A stretch of 64,000 bases of DNA from Paraspadella gotoi (taxonomy: Eukaryota; Animalia; Chaetognatha), in NCBI GenBank assembly GCA_051294375.1, contig CM119263.1, positions 21,746,494 through 21,810,493 of the forward strand, read 5' to 3'. The notes under the pieces were generated by a model. It had not been told where the DNA came from and did no database searches. It worked only from the letters and a program-made list of their open reading frames with translations. The position numbers and the translations under genes are program-made. Position 1 is the first letter of the stretch. Every line of letters starts with the position of its first letter. Below, piece after piece: positions 55,000 through 64,000 of the stretch.

Positions 55000-57900
55000 A
55001 GGAAGAATGTTTATGATTTTTATGATTGATATCTTTGTTCAAAGATTGCAACTATTTCCGCCACAGTCTTTCCAGTTACATTTTACTTTCCGTCATGACG
55101 AACACTCGCTGATGAAGACTAGCATTAGAGTCGAAACATGTCTGCTTAAATATAAATATAATCGTTGCATCAAAAACTAATTTTCGTTAATTCTCAAACA
55201 TAATAAATTTCTTTCTCATTTCTTCACACCACAAAGCCATTTCGGCACACTTCGTCGCCACACCGCCGTCGGCAACCCAACTGAGGCCACCGCCGGCCGC
55301 TTCGCTCATATCTTTTCTCCGACTCGATGGCTCAATGGATTAGAAGATTAACTTCAAATTGCTCTTTTTTTTTATAAGTCGCTTCGTGGGCGATCGACGG
55401 AGGCAGCGGGGGGGAGAGGGGGGGGGCGTCTAGACTGACGTTATGAGGCTTTAAAGTCAACATCGATCAAGATAAAATGCCGTTTAATAGAGACCGTAAC
55501 GGGTGCTCACGTTTTAACGTTAAAACTCATATTGGGCAAATTAAATGCGTAGCAATGAAAAATATCTTGCTGTCCTGGTGTTATTTTTATTCATTTGCTT
55601 CATTGGTGACCTACGTAATTGGCATCATCTTTCTATAGATGCTTAGTTGGTTATAAAAGTATTACTGTATATATTACTATATAATTTCTTATTATTAAAA
55701 AACCTAACTAACTCCTCTAATTTCCGCAAAATGACCACTTGCGAAAGGTCATTAGCGTCAATTTATTGCAATATCAGTTATCGACGTAATGAGGCCTTAC
55801 AATTTAAGTTTATTGCCAAGTGACATCCCAATCAATTTCATTATCCTATCAAGTCAATACTGACCTGGACTGTCCTTTATGAGCCAAGTGATGAGGTATT
55901 GCTCTTTCGCGGCGTCGATAGACAAAAGTGACGCCGAGAACGAGGAGCAAAATTCCCGCGCTTCGTACCTGGAATAATTCATAGTTTCGTTTTATTAATT
56001 TTGTTTTCTTATCTCATAGTCAAGTAGCTACTTGCTACTAGTCAAATGCAAACAAATGAAAACGAGGGTTTGGTTTTTTTATGTATTTTGTTCAGCTAAA
56101 ATTTTTTTTTTATTATTCAGTCAAGCCACACTTTTTCAGAGTAGTGTCCAAGTAGTAAGCAAACGAGCCTAGACGCTTATACTAAAAGTTCTCTAAAACC
56201 CCTTTAACGATCAGCTAGCCGAACCCGAACCCGAACGAACCAAAACCTTTGGCCTCTTTCGTCCCGATTATGACCAAAACACGAAACACTAAATCAAATA
56301 TCTCCGTAACGACGAGATGTCCGAAGCTAATATCTCCGCTGACGATCCGATCTTCTCTTCTCCCGACCAAAAAATCACGCACTCTCTCAAGACTCTCTCC
56401 AGCCCACGTGATATTTTTCTCCGTCTCAGTTTTCCTGACTTTTTATCATCTTCCCATCTATCACCTATCTTCTCGCAGAGAGAGATATATATCGGGAAGA
56501 AACTTTCGTGATTCATCATTTGAATATTTATTCATTGCCAATTAAAACATTTCACTACGTGTCTATTCACTTATTATTCATTGATCGTTATTTATTATTC
56601 ATTGACTTTCATTTTCAGCTATCATGAGTTATTTATGATGATGAAAATTGTAAAACCAATATGAAAATTATCCTATAGCGAATTCTTTACCTTTGCTTTA
56701 ATCCATTCATTTAATAAATAGGCTATCGTGCCCCTGACTTTGGACAGCCTTTGGTGCTTTAAGGCCTCCATCACTTTTACAAGATAATGACATAGCAGGT
56801 CCCTGCAAGCTTTCAATCTTACTCTTTCACAGTCTCGTTTATTCACTTTTGTTACAGGAGAGGTGTTGGGTTACTGATAGGTTTTGTTGTTCCAGGGTGC
56901 GCCGTCAATGCACGGCCGCCCGTGATCAATCATTCCCCTGTTGGTGCGAGACTTTCTACCACGCCGTGATTCCCGGTGACACTCCTTTGGTCACCCCACA
57001 CTCATAATGACTCGTTAGGGCGTATGCAGGATTTGCCCCCTAACAGAGAGAGTGTGAGAGAGAGAAAGAGATGAAAAAAGAGACCAGTTGGGACTAGAGA
57101 GAGAACAATCTCCACATCTCGCCACTCCCCAGTTCTCCCTTTCTCTTGTTTCCCATCTTGCCTTCCCATCTGTATTTCCCCATCTGATCTTCCCCCATCT
57201 ACTCGCTATTCTCCTTCCTTTTCTTCCCACCATCAAAATATAAGTCGACCCAATGTCTTTTCCCTTTCGCCATTAGAAAGAGAAGATGGAAGAGTGACGC
57301 GTCTTTCCGCGTGAACCTTTTTTTCCCTTTTGAACTCGAGTGAGAGTGAGAGCAGTTTTTTTTTTAGGTCGTGGTGACGGTTGGGAAAGATCCGCCACTC
57401 TACTTTGCGGGTCTTGTCGGATTTTATTTGTCCTCTTCACGAAACAATATTAAAAATAAATAAATGTCATGTCTATGTTTGTTTGATTCGAAAGATAAGT
57501 ATTAAAATTAATTTAAACAAATTACTAAACGTAATTAATCAGTGCTTGTTTAATGTTTATATGTGGGAGGAAAAACCTAGCGACCACGCCACGCTTCTCT
57601 TTTTTCTACCTCTTTCTCGATCCGTTATGGAAAAACAGTTTACGGGAAAAAATGAAGGCCGAAATCTCTCCCGAGGTGCTTTTAGTTTTTCATTTTCACT
57701 CTCTTGTTGAGGGGGGGGTGGGAGAGAGAGTATGGTAAGAATAAGAAAGACGTTTTCTTGGGAAAAATTGTGGATTAGGGATTTTTTTTTCTTTAAAAAA
57801 AATTAACAAATAAAGAAATTTTTTGGGTAATTTTTAAAAAAGTAGAAAGGAAAAAAAATTATTGACAAAATTTTTTTCTTTCATTTGTAGCTATTTTACT

Positions 57901-60900
57901 TTGACTTCTGACTTTTCTTTACGTATTTTAATGATTTTTGTAAAATTCTTCTATTCCTTCCTTCTCTTTTTTTTTCTTTCTTCCGATCCACTGTTAATAC
58001 CCCTTTTTCTTTCTCTTTATTTTAATCCTTACCCCTTTTATCCCGATATATATTCCCCCTTTCCTTTCCTCCTCTCACTTTTCCCATTTCGCTTTTCACT
58101 CACCAGTTGACGGAGAAGGAAGAGAAAGAGTAACATTTTTCTCCGTCGCCGTCGGCGAGAAATTTCGGGGGGCAGCGGTAGGGGGCGGAGCGGAGCAGCG
58201 GCGAACCTAAGTCAGGGAGCGTGGGAAAGAAATGGCTAACAAGCGATGAACGCTGACGACGAAGACTGGACCTTAAATTGATCAAACCAGACTTAGTATA
58301 CGAATATATAAGAATATTTAAGATAAGATATATATATAATATATATAGCTTATTTATTAAATGAATGGATAATTTTTATATTGGTTGTACCAATTTCATA
58401 AGATAAAATTTATATAATCTATATATATATCTACAATTCTACATATATATAATAATTAATAATATAATAATTAATATTTAATGAGTATTGCGGATTTAAA
58501 TGACGGCACCGTAAATCCCATGAAGTATAGGTNNNNNNNNNNNNNNNNNNNNNNNNNNNNNNNNNNNNNNNNNNNNNNNNNNNNNNNNNNNNNNNNNNNN
58601 NNNNNNNNNNNNNNNNNNNNNNNNNNNNNNNNNNNNNNNNNNNNNNNNNNNNNNNNNNNNNNNNNNNNNNNNNNNNNNNNNNNNNNNNNNNNNNNNNNNN
58701 NNNNNNNNNNNNNNNNNNNNNNNNNNNNNNNNNNNNNNNNNNNNNNNNNNNNNNNNNNNNNNNNNNNATTATTTAATTAAATTATTTACAATTTACAAAT
58801 TATTACAAAACCTTTATAAATTTCCCTAAAATAGGGCTTTGGTCTGTTTAAAATAAACATTCAAAATATACCTTTAAAATATAAGATAAGCAACAATGAA
58901 GGATCACCATTTGCTGATGGCTCGCCTATACCTGGATATTGGGATTAAAGATCCGTAATCCATGAAGGTATAGGTTCCCAACTGATGACCTTCCCATTGT
59001 ATAAATATTAAAAATAAAAAATATTCAAAAAAGAAATAATTAAAAGTAGTACAAAGAAAAAATATAATTTTCATTAAAGTATTTTAAAATTATATTCATG
59101 ACATAAAGGTGCCCCAATAGACCTTTCCCCAGTATGTATCCCTATCAGAAAATACAATTCTACATGGTAGTCTTATCCCTATTGGTAAAAAATCATATAT
59201 AACTTTGGTCCCCCTCAAAAAATTATCCATTCCCACCCCTTTCTGTTCAGCCTCTTAGATATTATGATTTTTCATTAATGACTTTCTAACAGAAACGATG
59301 TGTGATATCTATTAGAAAACTAGGACAGAATACAACACTTACTTCCCCTTCCCAAATTGAGTTATTAGATATAATGATAAGTAAAATTTTTTTAAGAAAG
59401 AAAGAAAGTTTAAATAATATAGTATGGCAACAGCCGGGTCGCCTGTGATGCCCATTGGGATGGGGCATCTCACTGTTGGCTTTGGGGGCTTCCGACCCTC
59501 AGTGACGCCTCCAGTCACTGGCGCGGTTACCCTAGGACGGTCTCGCTTTGCCAACGCAGAGGGAAGTCGTTAGGACCGTGGATGGAACACTACGCCTGGG
59601 ATGGTGTGTTCCCCTCTGAGCCAATGGATTTGGCTGAAGGATGGTGGACATGAGGCAGTGTGAATATACCGCCACAATAGATTAAATATTACATCCTTCA
59701 TAAAATATAAAAATAGAAAATAGTGAAACAAGTAATTTGCAAATTTTCATAAGATAAAATTTATATAATCTATATACATATCTATATATATGTATATATA
59801 TATATATAATCATAATAACCATATGCGTAATATTCAATTTTAAAATAAGTGTTTTTTTCTACTATAGCCTTCTGCCATTCTTCAACCCTATCTTCCAAAG
59901 TCTAGGATCATGAGTCTATTTATAAGCTGCACCTTAAGTTAAGCTCTTCCAGCCTTAACTCGTGCTACGCAATGAATCTCACACACTTGGGCGGGGGAGG
60001 ACTATTTTTATTTTCTTTTTTTTTCTTACGTTTTCTTTCTCTTTGTCTTTCCTATATTTTTTCTATTTCGCCAAAGCAAAAGTGCGTTGAACGATTGCAA
60101 AACTAATCGGATTCAGTCGCCATTTTTTTTGGGGGGGGGCGGACCGGACTCGGGCGGGCAATGACGCTGTCACCTACGTTTCTGGTTGTAAATGACGCCG
60201 TCAATGCTCTTCGACAAACGTTGACATTCAATTATAAAAAAAAAGTTTTTCTTTAAGAATAACTATTATATTTTTAAAAGTGAAAGGTTAAGGCCAGGGA
60301 TCACTCAACCTAAAATTGTAGAAATCTTAATTTACTGTATCTTAATCATTTTCTCATATCTTGTAAGAGGTTTTCTATTGAAAAATAATCGAAAACTTTT
60401 AAAAATCTACATAAAATGTTTATAAAAATTTAACAAATTTTTTTCTTCGGTAAAACTAGATTTTCAAGAGAAAAAATTTTTTTATATGTAAGCTAAATTT
60501 CTACAACTAAATTTTTAACTTAAAACTGATTTCTTTACAGTAAGCTCAATTTCTACTTCTTATATTTAATTCTTCTTTTGCTACAAGTACATACTTGGAG
60601 TTGTATCACTTATAAGTCTAAAATAAACTACTCTACACATTTTCCAGACGGGTTTTTATACTTTTATGAGTTTTATGAGTTAAAAATTTATCGAATTTAT
60701 TTCAATTTGACTTTATACTTTATTTAAATGTCTAATGAGTTTAATGAGTACAGAATTTAACTTTCTTGACGAAGTGAAGTTAAAAACGAAGAGTTGCAGC
60801 TCAAACCGTTGAACTTTTCTTGAAGAAAAAAATATCTTGGGCAAGAAAAGAAAGGTGGGGAGATTCTATGAGCGCGTTTTTGAAAAAAATGTTTTTCGTT

Positions 60901-62053
60901 TCAAAAATATCAAGGAACTAATCCTAAAATTGATTAAAATAATCAAATTCTATGAAGGAAGACAATTTAAAGTATCTTTTCATAGAATTAGAGGTCGTGA
61001 CCTAAAGGTAATTCATGCCATATTTATGAGAACCGCCTTACCGTTTGGGCTGCAACTCTTCAAATAGGTTTCTTTTATTTTATATAGTACAAAAAAAAAT
61101 CGAAAAAAACGATGACGTCTTTGAAAAAATAGTAAAGTGAATAATTTTCGGAATCGTCAGGAGCTCTCCTTTCGAAATCGAGCTCAGTTTTAGCCTAATT
61201 TAATTTGAATTGAGTGATCCGGACTTAACTTGATTCAAAAAGATTTAGGAGCGAGGTTTTTCGTGAGGGAAGTTCTTTCATTTAAAAGCCAAAGGTCTCA
61301 TACATTTTTTGATTCATTATTTAGATTTGAAAAACAGAGTTGGTAACTGTCAATGGTCTAAGAGGAATATGAGGTTTTTTCATTAAAAAACGAAATTGAC
61401 AATGGACAACCTGAGAATGAGTTTGACTAATCCTCTTTTCGGGTTAATTTTACTTTTGCATACCGAGGTTAGGGTTAAGAGTGGTTTAAGGGTGGTTTAG
61501 GCTTAGGGTAATTTTATTAATTTTTTTAAAAATAATATTTTTAAGTAGTTTTTCAAAAGACGCCAAAAACCCGATCGGCGAAAGTAAAATTTAGCCCTCT
61601 TTTTAAATGTTTTTGCGCTGTCGAAATTTGATACCTTATTCCGTCTAACCATATTTTCGTTTCCTATTTCGTAAAAAACTAATGCATAAAGTGGTATTTA
61701 CGAGCCTTTTTTTTATTCTAGGTCATGAAAATGTCTTGGACAGGACCATAAAAGTAAAAAAACAGCGATATTAAATTAAACTTATGTGCATTGTGCAACC
61801 ATAAATGATTCTTTAAGTTTAAGTTTGAATCATCTATCTATTTGCGCGTATCGACGCAGTCGCAGGTCAAACGAAAGTCTTAACGCCGCTTGAACTTACC
61901 CACAATGGGTCCGGCGACGTCGTCTCCCGAGGCGACAGAGGGCAGGACGGAGGCGACTCGGATTTGGTAGGTGAGGTCGGCCATCCGTCGATCGATCTGT
62001 TCCTCGATCTTGTTCGACGCTTTTAGCAATCGCCCTTGCATCTCTGCCATTTC
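54287..62053 (-). CDS. C-type lectin domain protein with coiled-coil neck; exons 61900-62053, 58104-58206, 55865-55968, 54800-54921, 54287-54400; 5' end not identified
   Basis: Five exons joined by GT-AG introns in matching phases (1,2,1,0). They give EMAEMQGRLLKASNKIEEQIDRRMADL...CPPKFLADGDGEKCYSFSSFSVNWYEAREFC...LLSIDAAKEQYLI...WWTGGN...GKWMW...PFTFDRWADGQ...DTCMAL...YHWFSSDC...NFICEYTLKR*, which has all six long-form CTLD cysteines. Confidence 0.9.
55103..55148 (+). ncRNA. Minimal type I hammerhead ribozyme motif (Penelope-like element type), possibly degenerate
   Basis: Reads CTGATGA(55109-55115)-A-GACT-AGCATTAG-AGTC-GAAA(55133-55136)-CATGTC-TGC, with a GUC cleavage triplet and palindromic stem III. 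Stem I is weak. Confidence 0.65.
58533..58767. other. Assembly gap (N run) inside an intron of the C-type lectin gene
   Basis: Run of N. The sequence just before the gap (CCGTAAATCCCATGAAGTATAGGT) resembles 58952-58976, suggesting an unresolved local repeat. Confidence 0.95.
59423..59676. mobile_element. Same 255-bp element, copy 2 (opposite orientation), 4-bp TSD ATAG
   Basis: About 6 differences from copy 1 by eye. Flanks read ATAG at 59419-59422 and 59677-59680. Confidence 0.85.
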
Positions 62054-64000
62054 CTGGAAATGAGAACATGTTCGAATCAGGACATGTCATGAAACCGAGT
62101 TCATGGTTAAATTTATATACGCTATTGTCTTTTACTAAAAGAAAAAATTGTTTTCCTTTCTAGTAGCTAGTGATAATAATGTTTTCTGCACGCCAGCTGT
62201 CATGTCATGCTTTACATTTGGTTATGAACTGCAACATAACAAAAACATAGGAATTACATTTACCACTATGTATTTTGTTTACTTTTATTTGCGCGCCAAA
62301 AATATCATCTTTCTCAGTCTGTTTAAAAATGGCAGAGGCGTGTCACGCGCAAGTTTCTCCCGTTTTTTTCCCAGGCGATAATTCGGTTTCATTTCTCTGC
62401 CATCGACCGAATCGTCTCACGTACAAGACGCACTTTCCTCTCTTCCGCTAAACATCTAGAAAAAGCCGAGATAGATTTATCAATTTTCACATTCGCATGG
62501 ACGAACGTTGTAAAATTAAATTGATAATAATTTATCGTTTAGGTCATAATCTAGTCAATATTCCATCATGCACGGACTAAAGAGTCTAAAAAAATTACAA
62601 AAATTACAAAAAACAGAAAAAAAAACCCTTTTTCTTCCATGTTTTTCTTTATGCGTGTCAACAAGTTTCCGAACAACAAGAACCGTTACTCCGTCCCCAG
62701 AGTCTGACAGCCAATATTCGTATTATGACAATCATAATTTCCCCCTTTCGCTTCCCCATTCTCCCCCAACCTTTTTTTTTTTTGTAAAAAGAAACTCATA
62801 TTTTTTCCTTCTCTTTTTTGCGGCGAGAAAGGGGGGTGGGGGGGGGGGGCGAAAAGGAAAGTTCGAAACGTCGGACAACATTTTAGGGAATTACGGTTGT
62901 CACTCTCTCTTCGCCCGGAAGAAAGAAAAAACCTTCGTTGTGGAGGTCGGGCTGGGTGTCGAGGCGACGGGCGTTGTGGGGAGTGATGAGAGACAGGAGT
63001 GATTTTGGATTGAGGAAAGGGAAAGATTGAAGAGAAGAGAGAGCGTCGAAGGTGAGTTAAGGGTCAGGTTTTATAACCGCGACCGAATTATAGGAAAAAA
63101 ATTTATCGCCGCTTAGAGAGGAATGAAAGGGAAAAGAGAAGAAAAGAGAGGAAATAAAGAAAAGAGAGGAAAGAGAGAAAATAAAAGTAGGAGCGATTGG
63201 GAGGGGGGAAGCGAAAAATAAAAAAATACGAGGTTAGGAAAAGAACGAGAGAAAAAGGAGAAAAAGTTGAAGGGTCGCGGATTATGTTGTTTTTCTTTTG
63301 ATGGAGGCTCCCCACTTTTTCTCGCTGCCGCCGCCCGCATCCCGCCGCAGCCGCCACCCGGCTACGTAAACCGAAAGCGTCAGAGGACCGTAAACAGGGA
63401 CAACAAGCGTCAATGTCTTGATGCTGCGGCGTACGATATTTTGGAAGACGAGTTGGCGAATCTTTAAGTCTGTATACATATAGCAGTGCTAAAGCAAACT
63501 TACAGATATTTTCTAAATGAGTACGAAAAGGACAAAAAATGAAAGAATCTGAAAGGTTAGTATACGTAAAAGTATAACTTTTACGTCAGTTTGAGCTAGC
63601 TAAAAACATACTTCACCAGGGTAAAAACGCTGGTCGATTACAAATTCCAATTAATTCCAGCCAGGACTAAAAATACAATAGAATGAAATTTCACAGATAG
63701 GGAAGCCAGTATCTGATGAAGAGACGGGAGAGCTGATGAAATGAGAGCCGCTTCATATCTTTGATGATGGAGTTAAAAGCGTCAACAGGCAGAACTATTA
63801 AATGTGGTTTTTATGGTGTCCAATATATTGATTTGATCTGTGCGAGTAGTTCCCGATCATAGAGTGTCTTTATACAATTGAAACACTTTGTTTCACTCTT
63901 GTAGCCATATCGAGTGATACGGACTGTGAGCTGATTAATTGCAACTGCTTGTCATATAAATAGAGCCTAAACACCAACGTAGTAGAAATAGCTTATTTTA

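Noticed and set aside
62920-63467. Candidate plus-strand spliced gene (donor at 63052, ORF ending ...DILEDELANL)
   Set aside because: All frames upstream of the donor hit stops within about 50 nt and the peptide has no recognisable family; it also cannot be joined confidently to the lectin.
63705-63760. Two CTGATGA motifs as a hammerhead (also 1247, 58982 and 61146-61160)
   Set aside because: No stem II followed by correctly placed GAAA and a cleavage triplet.

Overview
Eukaryotic (metazoan, probably invertebrate) genomic DNA with GC-rich exons, AT-rich introns, many (AG)n tracts and one N gap (58533-58767). I reconstructed six protein-coding genes by hand from splice sites and reading phases. 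(1) A divergent two-exon NAA50-like GNAT acetyltransferase (+, 1469-2649). (2) A DENND4/Crag-type Rab GEF (-, 20408 to 3190). (3) A four-exon chymotrypsin-type protease nested antisense in a DENND4 intron (8131-9175). (4) The 5' part of an ADGRV1/VLGR1-like Calx-beta-repeat gene, head-to-head with DENND4 (+, 21463 to at least 53277). (5) An intronless XK-family gene nested antisense in an ADGRV1 intron (28650-30023). (6) A spliced C-type lectin with a coiled-coil neck (-, 62053 to 54287) that the ORF track largely misses. Introns carry several short repeat families: a structured 255-bp element with 4-bp TSDs, tRNA-derived SINEs, DINE-1/HINE-like elements, a MITE, minisatellites and minimal hammerhead-ribozyme motifs of the Penelope type. 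Three GC-AG introns are inferred from reading phase. All family assignments come from motif recognition; no database search was run.
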